Source: an uncultured Fibrobacter sp. (GTDB lineage Bacteria; Fibrobacterota; Fibrobacteria; Fibrobacterales; Fibrobacteraceae). From it: a stretch of DNA of 64,000 nt. Positions 19,901 through 29,098 of the stretch are shown piece after piece (the stretch's first letter is position 1; each line of letters opens with the position of its first letter). Position numbers and translations under genes: made by a program. The notes under the pieces are model-generated. The model did no database searches. It was not told the DNA's origin and was given only the letters and a program-made list of their open reading frames with translations. Location: NCBI RefSeq assembly GCF_900316465.1, contig NZ_ONDD01000001.1, positions 51,545 to 115,544 of the forward strand, read 5' to 3'.

Positions 19901-22447
19901 CGGAAGGTTGCTGTTGTTATCCTTTGCAAACGTCCAAACGTAATCTTCAGAATCGGCGTAAGCGGCATTCAAAGTTCCCGCAAATTGAGAAGACTTCATG
20001 GTCTTTGCAATTTCAGTACCATTATAGCGAGACGATTGCTGCGAGGTAGAGCCGTTTCTCATCACATAAGAAATGGAATCACTGTCAACCCAAGTATTCG
20101 TCTCCGATTCCGTTTTCAAGTATCCTACCGGCAATGTTACAGTTTCATCGTCATCTTCACCATAATGGTAACTGGACTTAATTTCATAGCCCTTGTTCAA
20201 TTGAGCTTTACCAATCAGGTAACCCACCTTTTTGTCGTAGCCATTGAGGGAAGCATTGTTGGCCGTAACCGAAATTTCGCCCACATTGTAAGTGTTCTGA
20301 ACAACGGTCCTCACATTGTTTGCCTGCGTATAACCAATTAGGCCACCTACATAAAGATAGTTGCCCGCATGCTTTCCGACAACACTAATATCGCCCAAGG
20401 CAGCAACCAGGCTCATTTCACTAATTTCATTGCAAAGGCCACATACGCCACCAATATTTGCAACTTGAACATTCGAGGTCGATACCGCACCCGCTTCTTT
20501 TGCAGTATACTTAATCAACTGACTTGTGCTTTTAGCAAGCACATCGTTCAAAATCAAAGTCCTTCCACCTTGGTCATTCGTAAAGCCACCGAGAATACCG
20601 CCCACAAACACATTATTCAGGCTATCTTCCACCACGATCGAGCCTTCGTAATACAGGTGTGCCACAGTTGCGGCTGCGTTATACACCATGATGCTAGCAA
20701 AGCCGACGATACCGCCCACATACACGCTGTCACGAGCATAAGCTCCATTGATAACCTTGTCCCCATCAACAGAGGTTTTTACCTTCGAGGTAATCTGGAC
20801 AGACGAAGTGTCATTGGTGATTCCCAAGCCTTGAGTCTGGGCAATACATGCAGAACCCACGACGCCACCTAAGAAAGCATCACTATGGAGTCCAGGAACC
20901 GCAGTGCCCGATGCCGAAAGAGCAATGGAGCCTTCAGTCTTTGCGCCGATAACACTCAAGAAGTCTCCACCACTTGCGCCACCTTGCACGCAAGAGGAAC
21001 CATAACCCACAATGCCACCGGCAAAATACTGGTAAAGACCGGCAACCTTCAAGGAATCCTTGATATCGATGTTGGCAGCACTGTTCATCACTCGAACCGA
21101 GGTTTGCGCATCGGAGGAATCAAGACCCAAAATACCACCCACTGCAATTACACCAGGCGACATAGCGTCATAGAGTTTACCGTCAAATTTGCTGTTCGAT
21201 ACCACAAAATTGCCGGCATCCGCAATATTGTTATCACGCAGAAGATACGACACACCGAAAATACCACCCATCGAAGCGCCACCCGAAATCATAGTCGGAA
21301 TGACTTCGCCGCCGTCTTTATACTTTGTATAGACATTCAAGTTGTTAGCCGGGCCACCAATGGTCTGGTTCAAACCGGCAATGCCACCCAAAGCAGACCT
21401 GTGCCCCGTGGCATAGTCATGAACATCGACCTTTACAGAATCGTTTTTAAACGTGGCATCTTCTGCGCTTTGCGTACGGACCGCCACACCGGCAATACCA
21501 CCCAGGAACACATTATGGCCAACCAAAGTACCAGCCGACTTATTAATTTTCTCAGAGCCCGCATATCCCGTGGTAATCGAAACGATGTTCGAAATATGGA
21601 TATCGTCGTCGCCCGTGATGTTTGAAATCGTAGAATTCTTGACAAAACCGACAACGCCACCTGCAATTGGAGCCTGGATAGAATCGTTAGCAATGTTTAC
21701 ACTATCGATAGTCAACAAGTCCACGGAACCCACGAAGGCGCCGACCGGGTAGTAGTCCTTACCGTCGGTGCTTGTTCCATCAATATAAATGCGCACGCCA
21801 TTCAACTTGACGTTTAGCATAGACACATTTGCAGCACTTTCGAAAAAGCCCACCGGTGCAGTCATCGGTTCAGTATCTGTAACCGTCGCAGCATAGCAGA
21901 GGTGGCTAATGGTAAAACCATTACCATTAAACTTGGTGTTTTCCATCATGGGGAGCGGCACGTGGTTTACTTCGCATTCGCCCACTTTTGTTTTGGCCCC
22001 AAATTCCTTAAGGTCAATATTGGAGCCCAATTCAAGGGCGACCCCATTCATATTCAAGCCATTGATCCATTTTTCCTTGATCATGGTCGCCAAGTTCGCG
22101 GGAGTATCTTCAACAGAGGCAACACATTGTCCCGCAGATGTAAAACTCGTCGTCATCCCCCCCCAAGGAGAAGGAGTAGTAGAATAATAGCCAATGCTAG
22201 TTCCGTTACTCGAGTATGTGGTACCCTTGAAGTTCAACTTCCAATCAGTGGCATTGGAACATTTTGCGGCACCCTGGCTCAGCACCAAGGTCGTCGTACC
22301 AGTCATCATGGGGGTCATTCCCATGGTCTGAATGGTAATCAGGTTATAATAGGACTTAGGCGTTTCTGCCGGACCCGTAGGTGCAGCAAAACCCATACCG
22401 GCCCAGGCCAGCATGGTAAACAAAAATAAACCGATTTTTGTTTTCAT
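16970..22447 (-). CDS. Giant secreted protein (1825 aa): GLUG-like beta-helix, six InlB/Listeria-Bacteroides-type repeats, Ser-rich linker, shared C-terminal module, T9SS-type tail
   Basis: Signal peptide ...MGFA-A; GG(I/V)xG repeats; YxVxFxDYD...GYTFxGW...A.Y repeats; tail KSGVYFVKIKVGSQLLSGKVLVK. Confidence 0.85.
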   Translation of the reverse strand: MKTKIGLFLFTMLAWAGMGFAAPTGPAETPKSYYNLITIQTMGMTPMMTGTTTLVLSQGAAKCSNATDWKLNFKGTTYSSNGTSIGYYSTTPSPWGGMTTSFTSAGQCVASVEDTPANLATMIKEKWINGLNMNGVALELGSNIDLKEFGAKTKVGECEVNHVPLPMMENTKFNGNGFTISHLCYAATVTDTEPMTAPVGFFESAANVSMLNVKLNGVRIYIDGTSTDGKDYYPVGAFVGSVDLLTIDSVNIANDSIQAPIAGGVVGFVKNSTISNITGDDDIHISNIVSITTGYAGSEKINKSAGTLVGHNVFLGGIAGVAVRTQSAEDATFKNDSVKVDVHDYATGHRSALGGIAGLNQTIGGPANNLNVYTKYKDGGEVIPTMISGGASMGGIFGVSYLLRDNNIADAGNFVVSNSKFDGKLYDAMSPGVIAVGGILGLDSSDAQTSVRVMNSAANIDIKDSLKVAGLYQYFAGGIVGYGSSCVQGGASGGDFLSVIGAKTEGSIALSASGTAVPGLHSDAFLGGVVGSACIAQTQGLGITNDTSSVQITSKVKTSVDGDKVINGAYARDSVYVGGIVGFASIMVYNAAATVAHLYYEGSIVVEDSLNNVFVGGILGGFTNDQGGRTLILNDVLAKSTSQLIKYTAKEAGAVSTSNVQVANIGGVCGLCNEISEMSLVAALGDISVVGKHAGNYLYVGGLIGYTQANNVRTVVQNTYNVGEISVTANNASLNGYDKKVGYLIGKAQLNKGYEIKSSYHYGEDDDETVTLPVGYLKTESETNTWVDSDSISYVMRNGSTSQQSSRYNGTEIAKTMKSSQFAGTLNAAYADSEDYVWTFAKDNNSNLPFFAYAPYGPVAPAPGNHVVIFADMNGGFIAQQSVPHGGAATAPAAADVTEIEGYTFTDTWDKDFDNVISDLTVTAVYSKNSYTVKFFDYDDTQLGATQTVLYQDPAKVPDAPERFGYTFAGWDDSTYTSVTKNLDVHATYVPNKYLIMFKDYDGTVLDSADIPFNAAVPQPVDVSRAETGAYTYTFKGWTPEVVNVNGDAVYTATYDSTKKTYAVTFVDYDNTRIGDVQMVEYGDSAVAPADPTREGYKFVGWDRDFDSVTKALEVKAQYEQLKFQIVFKDYDGEELKTVSLAYGATVVTPKDVKRASTAEYMYTFKEWTPALAVVTADAAYTAVYDSTMVLYKVSFLDYDESLIGDVQLVPYDSAAVAPAEPVREGYTFAGWDRKFDKITKDVDVKATYEKNPESSSSVEVSSSSEPESSSSEPESSSSVEVSSSSVPESSSSVEESSSSVEPESSSSVEISSSSELESSSSVPEVSSSSITGEIKIVQPTIEQSGNAIRLTFGTENVDETAVAHIVVTGENGVILETDIPNSVVGGGEWEMTPAPIGKFKVTLTVGDKVRHAEYNGRFEVASQITAAPGSWQMVSLSAFDKKKVLSDDAAFYWWDEKNPVGDYWQYRAFNGESVEATRGFWYGTTVGNPLVIRESTGSKDSEIVWELDSLFSGWNLVANPYGWYVDLTKGVADNDAKVTFWRWNPSIGSYDPMPKVIGPYEAVWAKVSKSTTWRMSAAPEFKIEERSAAETKKVMHKDAAGIKGAWSLKVSLADGYGKQDSWNVIGAGAEESLDEPPAGMGNHVSLAIRNSEKGAKLAKSIKAVANEYSWILDVSANSARDGKLKFEGVKELNGKGLKLFVTAEGVTTEVTNEKALNVALAKSAKQVEVRVAASNAVVASSKISGFGSTLAGGTLQLGFTAPEALAGTRASYAVVGVDGKKVAAGQFKATAGTNQFSLNAPKSGVYFVKIKVGSQLLSGKVLVK
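18458..18691 (-). repeat. Tandem repeat encoding an 11-unit E(x)SSSS linker
   Basis: Recurrent GAGCTAGA/GAGCTCGA/GCTGCTGGAGCT units; translation PESSSSVEVSSSSEPESSSS... Confidence 0.85.
18697..19855 (-). repeat. Six tandem ~65-aa InlB B-type repeats
   Basis: Six units starting V/I-x-F-x-D and ending A-x-Y, roughly alternating two subtypes. Boundaries approximate. Confidence 0.75.
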
Positions 22448-22728
22448 AAAACCCTCAACTATCTTCTTCTATATGTAAAAATACCTTAAAATTCCCAAAA
22501 AAGATAGGGGGGTACCCCCAAAAACCTCGTGTCTGTGACATGGAACAAACCGGGCCAAGGCAAGCAAGTTCCGCGAAAAATGTGATTTAAATCAACTTAT
22601 TGACTGTCAACGACTTACAAGCACCGATTTATCCATAAAAAATTTGACTTTTCACCATTATTCCTCTTGCCGACTGTTAAAACTATGTTATATTTAGATT
22701 ACAAACAATTATATAAGGAGACACTCAA

Positions 22729-23526
22729 ATGTTCAAGAAGATCGCACTCGTCGCAGCCATGGCTGCAAGCGCATCCTTTGCAACCTACACCTTCTTCCCG
22801 GTTGGCGACGCCAACAAGGGTGAAGCCACCATCGGCCCCAGCTACTATTGGCATGACGACTGGTCCATGATGCAAATCAACGCAAACGTCAAGTACAACG
22901 TTATCCAGAACCTGGAACTTTCTCTCCAGGGTCTCGGCTACCAGCTCTGGAACGAAGACGAACACTGCGATGACAATGGAGCCAAGTGCCCCGATTCTGA
23001 CGGTCTGCTGGCCATGACCATTGGTGCCCGTTACCAGTTCATGCCCATGCTGATTGCAGCTTTGGACATTAAGGTTCCCCTGAGCTCTGAAGATGCCGTT
23101 GGTGGCAAGTATGATCCGCTTGGTTTCTATGGCGCAATCCAGTATACTCAGGAACTCGTCTCCAATCTTTACATTGGTTCTGAACTCGGCCTTACCTTCG
23201 ACCTTGAGGACGAAGACCTTTCTCATGGTCTGGTATTGACCTTGCAAGCTGAATTGGACTACAGCATTGCATCCATCGGTCTGACTCCGTGGATTGGCTT
23301 TGCATTCAACTACAAGCTGACCGACGACGAATATTCGGGCGTGGGTAAGTGGGAAGATCACTCCGGCGACAACGGCTTCACCATTTGGCTCGGTGCACAG
23401 TACGACATCAACACCATGTTCGGTGTCAAGGCTAACTTCGTTATCAATACCGGCGACTCTATGGGTGCATTCGGTGGAGACAACAAGGCTAAGGGTGTCA
23501 ACGGCGCTCTCGTCATCCGTTTCTAA
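22729..23526 (+). CDS. Outer-membrane beta-barrel protein, paralog 1
   Basis: Signal peptide MFKKIALVAAMAASASFA; amphipathic strands; C-terminal Phe; RBS AAGGAG. Confidence 0.75.
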   Translation: MFKKIALVAAMAASASFATYTFFPVGDANKGEATIGPSYYWHDDWSMMQINANVKYNVIQNLELSLQGLGYQLWNEDEHCDDNGAKCPDSDGLLAMTIGARYQFMPMLIAALDIKVPLSSEDAVGGKYDPLGFYGAIQYTQELVSNLYIGSELGLTFDLEDEDLSHGLVLTLQAELDYSIASIGLTPWIGFAFNYKLTDDEYSGVGKWEDHSGDNGFTIWLGAQYDINTMFGVKANFVINTGDSMGAFGGDNKAKGVNGALVIRF

Positions 23527-23549
23527 CCGCTTGTAAACAGCTATTTACT

Positions 23550-23584
23550 GCCCCGGACAAAACAGTCCGGGGTATCTTTTTTTT
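23550..23584 (+). terminator. Rho-independent terminator
   Basis: CCCCGGAC-aaaaca-GTCCGGGG followed by a T-run. Confidence 0.75.
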
Positions 23585-23646
23585 ACACCCCTAACCAAAG
23601 TTCTTTTACTAAATTGTAATTCAAAACTTTTTCCAAGGAGTCTGGA

Positions 23647-24462
23647 ATGTTCAAAAAAATCGCACTCGCAGCGGCCCTCGTTTCTAGCGCCGCTTTTGCA
23701 ACTTGGGACTACTACCCCGTTCTCGAAGGCGGCAAGGGTTCCGTTAAGGGCAACCTCTATTATAACTGGGACCACGATTGGTCTAACGCCGGCCTCGGTA
23801 TCGGTGTTCGCTACAGCGTCATCTCCAACCTCGAAATTTCCTTGCAGGATTGGGGCTACCAGTTCTGGGGCGAATGGGACTGCAGTGGCTGCGTGAACGG
23901 CGGTAGCGGCCTTCGCGACCTGACTATCGGCGCCCGCTATCAGTTCGACCCCATGTTCAGCGGTTTTGTAGACCTTATTCTACCCGTCGGCAATGACGAT
24001 GTCGATTACAACGGCATCAGCCACACAACTCCTCCTTCTAGCGAAGAAATCGCCCTCTATTTGGGCGGCCAGTTCAGCATGCCGATCAAGGAGGCTCCGG
24101 GCCTCAAGTTCGGAACCGAAGCAGGCCTTTTCTGGGGTTTTGAACACGACAACAATGAACGCGGTTTGGAATTGCACATGGGCGGCGAAATCGCCTATAC
24201 CGTTCCGAACACAGAAATCACACCGCTCTTCGGCTTGCAACTCAAGTTCCGCCTTACCGAAAGCACTTGGGAAGACAACGGCGTCGAAGTGGGTGGCGAC
24301 GACGACGGCGACCACCAGATTATCATCTGGCTCGGATGCGGTATCTACGTGATCCCGAAACAGTTGGAAGTCACCGGCAAGCTCTTTGTTCGTAGCGGCG
24401 ACCATGACAACATGGGCGGCGACGCAACCGGCCTGTACGTCGGTGCCGAATTCTACTTCTAA
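23647..24462 (+). CDS. Outer-membrane beta-barrel protein, paralog 2
   Basis: MFKKIAL...FA-T signal; shares NLExSLQxxGYQxW and TIGARYQF with paralog 1; ends YF. Confidence 0.75.
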   Translation: MFKKIALAAALVSSAAFATWDYYPVLEGGKGSVKGNLYYNWDHDWSNAGLGIGVRYSVISNLEISLQDWGYQFWGEWDCSGCVNGGSGLRDLTIGARYQFDPMFSGFVDLILPVGNDDVDYNGISHTTPPSSEEIALYLGGQFSMPIKEAPGLKFGTEAGLFWGFEHDNNERGLELHMGGEIAYTVPNTEITPLFGLQLKFRLTESTWEDNGVEVGGDDDGDHQIIIWLGCGIYVIPKQLEVTGKLFVRSGDHDNMGGDATGLYVGAEFYF

Positions 24463-24489
24463 TTCTTAGAAGAACGCGAAAAAAAAATT

Positions 24490-24520
24490 AAGGCGTGCTG
24501 ATATTTCAGCACGCTTTTTT
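24490..24520. terminator. Bidirectional terminator
   Basis: GCGTGCTGA-tatt-TCAGCACGC flanked by A- and T-runs between convergent genes. Confidence 0.75.
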
Positions 24521-24525
24521 CAATT

Positions 24526-24552
24526 GTCATGCCCGCGCAGGCGGGGAATGAC
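24526..24552. repeat. REP-like palindrome
   Basis: GTCAT-GCCCGC-gcag-GCGGG-ga-ATGAC. Confidence 0.6.
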
Positions 24553-24564
24553 CCATTCTACTGT

Positions 24565-26379
24565 CTACTTGATATCGTATTCGGGAATCGGGAGGGATTC
24601 GCCGGCCTTCATGGCCTTGTCAAGCGCTGCGGACTTTGCCGGATCGAGCCACCAGTAAACCGGGATGGCGTCTTCGCGGTTAAAGCGGTCCAGCACCTTT
24701 TCGGGCGTGCCGTAGCGGTTCCAGTAAAGAATGCGGTGGTGGTCGCATTGCCACATCAACACGTACGGCACGATTTCAGAGAGACGGTTGTCGAGTGCCT
24801 TCAAGATTTCGTTACGCTTGGCCAAGTCGAATTCAGTCTTCTGCAAGTTGATAAGGCTATCCACCACCTTGTCCTGCACGCCGGCGAGGTTGTTCGTACC
24901 CTTCTGCAGTGCGGTTGCCGAAGACCAGCTTGCTTCCGGGTCGCGGAGACGGCCTGCGCCCCAGTTCACCCAGTAAAGGTCAAAGTCAGCATCGTCCAGG
25001 CGCTTGCGGAGCGTGCTCTGCGACATCTGTTCGATAGTCGCCACAACGCCCACCTTCTTCAAGTCTTCCTGGAAAAGCGTGAGGTGGCGCAAGTCTTCTT
25101 GGCTCGTGATAAAGTTGATGGCAAACGGTTTGCCGTCTTTTTCAAGCACGCCCTGAGCGTTCACCTTGTAGCCAGCCTCAGCAAAGAGGGCGCGGGCGCT
25201 GTCGGGGTTAAAGGTGTAAAGCGGAGCCGTCGGGTTCTGGTTGTTTTCCCACAAGTCCGGGTAGTAGCTGTTCAGTAAGAAATACTGGCCGAACATATAC
25301 TTTTCGTTCATGGCCTCGCGATTCAGGAGCATGCTCAAGGCGCGACGCACGCGAACATCCTGGAACTGGGGCTTGCGCAAGTTGATTGCCATACCCTGGA
25401 AACCGATCGGTTCCTTGTTGAAGATGCGCTGCTTTACAGCCCAGCCTTTCTTGACGGCATCGAAGTCCGTCTGTTTCATCCAGATGCTGCTGGTGTAAAT
25501 GGCGTAAGCGTTGAAGTCTTGCTTCTTGAAGGCTTCGAGGGCCTTCGTCTGGTCGTTCATAAAACGGTAGCGGATCTTTTCAAAATTGTACTTGCCGCGG
25601 TTCCAGTTTTTCTTGAAGCCCCACCAGTCGGCGCGGCGAGCAAGTTCTACATAGCGGTCTTCGCGGAAGGTCTTGATGATATAGGGACCGCTAACCACCG
25701 GGAAATCGTAGCGGATCTGGTTAAAGTCCTTGCCGGCCCAAGCGTGCTTCGGGAAGGCGAGCATGCCTGCGGCTTCCCAGAAGTTACCCCAGTGAGATTC
25801 CTTGGCGGTCATCTTGACCGTCAGGCTATCCACCACTTCGGGGCGGTCAAAGCGGCTAAGCCCCACCTTGAAAATCGGCGTCAGGTTCTTTTCGTCCATG
25901 ATGACGTCGTAGTAGAACTGCACGTCTTCGGCGGTAATCGCCTTGCCGTCACTCCACTTGGCTCGCGGGTCCACATGGAAGGTAAACGTCTTGCCGTCTT
26001 CGGACACATTCCAGCTGTCGGCGAGGATTCCCACTTCGCGGTCTTCAGTGCTATGCAGGCTCACGAGCGGTTCGAACATCATGCCCATGAGTTCGGCCGA
26101 GAAGCTGTTGTAGTCTTCCCACATGTTAAAGGACTTGGGCATTGCAGAGCCCCAGAGCGTAATCGTTCCGCAGGGGCGGGCATCCTTCGAGGCAATCGGG
26201 TCAAACTCGCCCGTGGCCGTAGAATCCAGCGGGAGTTCCGGGCAGTTCAAGTCCGCACTTTTCGAGCCCGCGCTCTTGGAGGCACCAGACTCGTTGCAGG
26301 CGGTAAGAGAAAAAGCCATCAGCGCCGCAGAGACAATTGCTGCGCCATAAAAACCCATTCTATTTTTTTCAATTTTCAT
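24565..26379 (-). CDS. ABC transporter substrate-binding lipoprotein, family 5 (YejA/OppA-like)
   Basis: Lipobox LTA-C; LADSWNVSEDGKTFTF...WSDGKAITAEDV; SGPY; DVRVRRAL. Start uncertain (26379 or 26358). Confidence 0.9.
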   Translation of the reverse strand: MKIEKNRMGFYGAAIVSAALMAFSLTACNESGASKSAGSKSADLNCPELPLDSTATGEFDPIASKDARPCGTITLWGSAMPKSFNMWEDYNSFSAELMGMMFEPLVSLHSTEDREVGILADSWNVSEDGKTFTFHVDPRAKWSDGKAITAEDVQFYYDVIMDEKNLTPIFKVGLSRFDRPEVVDSLTVKMTAKESHWGNFWEAAGMLAFPKHAWAGKDFNQIRYDFPVVSGPYIIKTFREDRYVELARRADWWGFKKNWNRGKYNFEKIRYRFMNDQTKALEAFKKQDFNAYAIYTSSIWMKQTDFDAVKKGWAVKQRIFNKEPIGFQGMAINLRKPQFQDVRVRRALSMLLNREAMNEKYMFGQYFLLNSYYPDLWENNQNPTAPLYTFNPDSARALFAEAGYKVNAQGVLEKDGKPFAINFITSQEDLRHLTLFQEDLKKVGVVATIEQMSQSTLRKRLDDADFDLYWVNWGAGRLRDPEASWSSATALQKGTNNLAGVQDKVVDSLINLQKTEFDLAKRNEILKALDNRLSEIVPYVLMWQCDHHRILYWNRYGTPEKVLDRFNREDAIPVYWWLDPAKSAALDKAMKAGESLPIPEYDIK

Positions 26380-26412
26380 TTTAACTATCTCGTATTTTTC
26401 GTACAAGATAGT

Positions 26413-27240
26413 TTAATTTGAGCTCGATAACTGCGGTAAGGATTCGTCGTAAGAGCTAATCGCCTTGATATTGAAGAAGCCTTTTTCACCGGCCGAGCCC
26501 TTAAATTCAAAGCCGACGATACGAGCCTTCTTTACCGCCTCTTCTGCAGCAAAGGCTTGCCAGCTCACGCACAAAGTCGTGTCCGTAGCGCTAGGCATTT
26601 CCACTCGCGGAATCGCGGATGCATCGGCATCGTCGCCAAGCTCCGGAACAACGTAAACATCAAACAACAATTCAGACGAGTAAGTCACGCAAAGGCCTCG
26701 CCATTCCGAAATATCGGCATACAGACCTTCATCGGCCACACTAAATGCAGCCCCCGCGCTAGGATTCGGAATAGAACCGCCAAACTCAACCGTTCCGCAG
26801 AAACCGCCGCAATAATCAACGACCGGGTCGTACGAATCTCCGGAATACTCATTTCCCATTTCCACAGGGAACATAATTTTAGACGTGCCGCCGTCTTCGT
26901 CGTCACCCCAAGTGAACCAGAAACCAGAATCTTCGCTCCCGGTATTCACCTTATACACACCGGCATCACCATCCCAAAGAATGACAGGTTTAACATCAAT
27001 ATCCACCGGCACCGGCGTAACATTAATCGTTCCGGAGCTCATGGATACGTCCGACACAGTCGCGGAGCTTATGCCTTGCTGAATGGAAGAACTCGAGACC
27101 TGCTCAACAGAGGAACTGCTTACGCCCTCGGCAACGGTATTTTCTTCAATGGAAACTCCTCCGGCAGTTTTATTGCTTTCAGAACAAGCAATTAGTCCGA
27201 GCGCAAAAACACCCGTCAGAATTTGAGCAGTCTTCTTCAT
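26413..27240 (-). CDS. Lipoprotein with Ser-rich linker and putative carbohydrate-binding beta-sandwich
   Basis: Lipobox LIA-C; SSSS linker; aromatic/Cys domain GFWFTWGD...DISEWRGLCVTYSS...FNIKAI. Confidence 0.7.
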   Translation of the reverse strand: MKKTAQILTGVFALGLIACSESNKTAGGVSIEENTVAEGVSSSSVEQVSSSSIQQGISSATVSDVSMSSGTINVTPVPVDIDVKPVILWDGDAGVYKVNTGSEDSGFWFTWGDDEDGGTSKIMFPVEMGNEYSGDSYDPVVDYCGGFCGTVEFGGSIPNPSAGAAFSVADEGLYADISEWRGLCVTYSSELLFDVYVVPELGDDADASAIPRVEMPSATDTTLCVSWQAFAAEEAVKKARIVGFEFKGSAGEKGFFNIKAISSYDESLPQLSSSN

Positions 27241-27278
27241 CTTTGTCCTCCCGCCACATCAGTGGATCTACCTTAAAT

Positions 27279-27830
27279 TTAAACAACTTTATCGGTAACC
27301 ACGCGCCACTCGCCCGGATTTAAACCACCTAGCGAAATATTGCCGATTTTCACGCGAATTAGGCGAAGTGTCGGGAACCCTACTGCCGCGGTCATGTGGC
27401 GGACCTGGCGATTTTTGCCTTCGATGAGCGTGAGACGCACCCAGCTCGTGGGAATGTTCGCGCGAAAACGTACCGGCGGATTGCGGGGCCAAAGCCAGTC
27501 GGGTTCTTCAGCAATTTCTGCCTTGCAAGGTTTGGTATGATAGCCCTTGATGTCTACCCCTTTCGCAAGTTTGCGCACCGCCTCTTCGGTAATCTGGCCG
27601 TCTACTTGTGCCAAGTAGGTACGCGGGTGCTCAAATTTCGGGTCCAGCAGTTTCTTGATTAACTTGCCGTTATCCGTCAGCAAGAGCGCGCCCTCACTAT
27701 CGTGATCCAAGCGCCCAGCCGCATACACTCCCGGCGGGAACCCGAACGTATCGAGCGCTGCATGGCCCGATTCCGGCGTGAACTGGCTCAAAACGCCAAA
27801 AGGTTTGTTAAACAAGATAACCGTGGACAT
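27279..27830 (-). CDS. rluE: 23S rRNA pseudouridine synthase, RluE-like
   Basis: ILFNKPFGVLSQF, AGRLDHDSEG, LWPRNPPVRFR, EGKNRQVRHMTAAVGFPTLRLIR. Confidence 0.9.
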   Translation of the reverse strand: MSTVILFNKPFGVLSQFTPESGHAALDTFGFPPGVYAAGRLDHDSEGALLLTDNGKLIKKLLDPKFEHPRTYLAQVDGQITEEAVRKLAKGVDIKGYHTKPCKAEIAEEPDWLWPRNPPVRFRANIPTSWVRLTLIEGKNRQVRHMTAAVGFPTLRLIRVKIGNISLGGLNPGEWRVVTDKVV

Positions 27831-27860
27831 CACGACGAAAGGTAGAAAAACACGCCCTCT

Positions 27861-27905
27861 GTCATTCCGGCCCAAGCCCGCCCTGAACTAGATTCAGGGA
27901 GCCGG
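27861..27905. repeat. REP-like nested palindrome
   Basis: GTCATTCCGGC...CCCTGAA-ctaga-TTCAGGG-a-GCCGG between divergent genes. Confidence 0.5.
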
Positions 27906-27953
27906 TTCCTTTCTACTTCAGCAAATTTCATTTACTTTACTATATTATCTCGC

Positions 27954-28991
27954 ATGAAAATTTTGGTTACAGGTGCAGCAGGTTTTATTGGTTCCAAGCT
28001 CATGTTCATGCTTGCAGAACGCGGCGATGAAGTTGTAGGCCTCGACAATATTAACGACTATTACGATGTACGCCTCAAGTACGGCCGCCTCCGCGAAGGC
28101 GGCATCGAGCAGCCCGGCGACAACTTCGCCTACGGCGCCATGGTTCAAAGCACCAAGTACATGAACTGCCGATTTGTAAAGATGGGCATCGACGACAAGG
28201 AACCGCTCGACAAGCTCTTTGCCGAAGAAAAGTTCGACAAGGTCGTGAACCTCGCCGCCCAAGCAGGCGTGCGCTACTCCATTACGAACCCGTATGCTTA
28301 CCTGCAAAGCAACCTGGTCGGTTTTCTGAACATTCTGGAAGCCTGCCGCCACAACCAAGTCAAGTATCTCGTGTTTGCCTCGTCGAGTTCCGTGTACGGC
28401 CTCAACAGCAAGGTGCCTTACAGCGAAGATGACAAGGTCGACAATCCGGTGAGCCTGTACGCCGCCAGCAAGAAGAGCAACGAGCTCATGGCCCACAGCT
28501 ACAGCAAGCTTTACAACCTGCCCGTCGCGGGTCTACGGTTCTTTACCGTATACGGGCCGTGGGGACGTCCCGACATGTCGCCCATGCTTTTTGCCCGCGC
28601 CATTTCCAAGGGCGAACCCATCAAGGTATTCAACAACGGCGACATGATCCGCGACTTTACCTACATCGATGACATCGCCGAAGGCACCATCCACACGCTG
28701 GACCATGTGCCCGATGCCGCCAAGTGTCCAAACAACGTACCCTACAAGATTTATAACATCGGCTGCAGCCACCCCATAAAGCTTATGGACTTTATTGCGG
28801 AAATCGAAAACGCTTACGGCGAGCCTGCCAAGAAGAACTTCTTGCCCATGCAGCCCGGCGACGTGTACCAGACCAACGCCGATACCACCAAGCTCGAAAC
28901 AGAATGCGGCTACAAGCCCCACTGGAGCCTGCACGACGGCATCGCCGAATTCATGAAGTGGTACAAGAGCGACAAGAACCCGCTGAAGTAG
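27954..28991 (+). CDS. NAD-dependent epimerase, UDP-glucuronate 4-epimerase-like
   Basis: TGAAGFIG, NLAAQAGVRYS, ASSSSVYG, YAASK, FFTVYGPWGRPDM, PMQPGDV. Confidence 0.93.
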   Translation: MKILVTGAAGFIGSKLMFMLAERGDEVVGLDNINDYYDVRLKYGRLREGGIEQPGDNFAYGAMVQSTKYMNCRFVKMGIDDKEPLDKLFAEEKFDKVVNLAAQAGVRYSITNPYAYLQSNLVGFLNILEACRHNQVKYLVFASSSSVYGLNSKVPYSEDDKVDNPVSLYAASKKSNELMAHSYSKLYNLPVAGLRFFTVYGPWGRPDMSPMLFARAISKGEPIKVFNNGDMIRDFTYIDDIAEGTIHTLDHVPDAAKCPNNVPYKIYNIGCSHPIKLMDFIAEIENAYGEPAKKNFLPMQPGDVYQTNADTTKLETECGYKPHWSLHDGIAEFMKWYKSDKNPLK

Positions 28992-29020
28992 CAAACCATA
29001 AACCGCAAGCGCTTTAACTA

Positions 29021-29060
29021 AAAACAAAAAACGGACTGCTCAACGCAGCCCGTTTTGTTT
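29021..29060. terminator. Bidirectional terminator
   Basis: AAAACGG-a-CTGC...GCAG-c-CCGTTTT between convergent genes. Confidence 0.65.
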
Positions 29061-29098
29061 AAAAGCAAAATTCAATAGGACTATAAAATTGACATATT

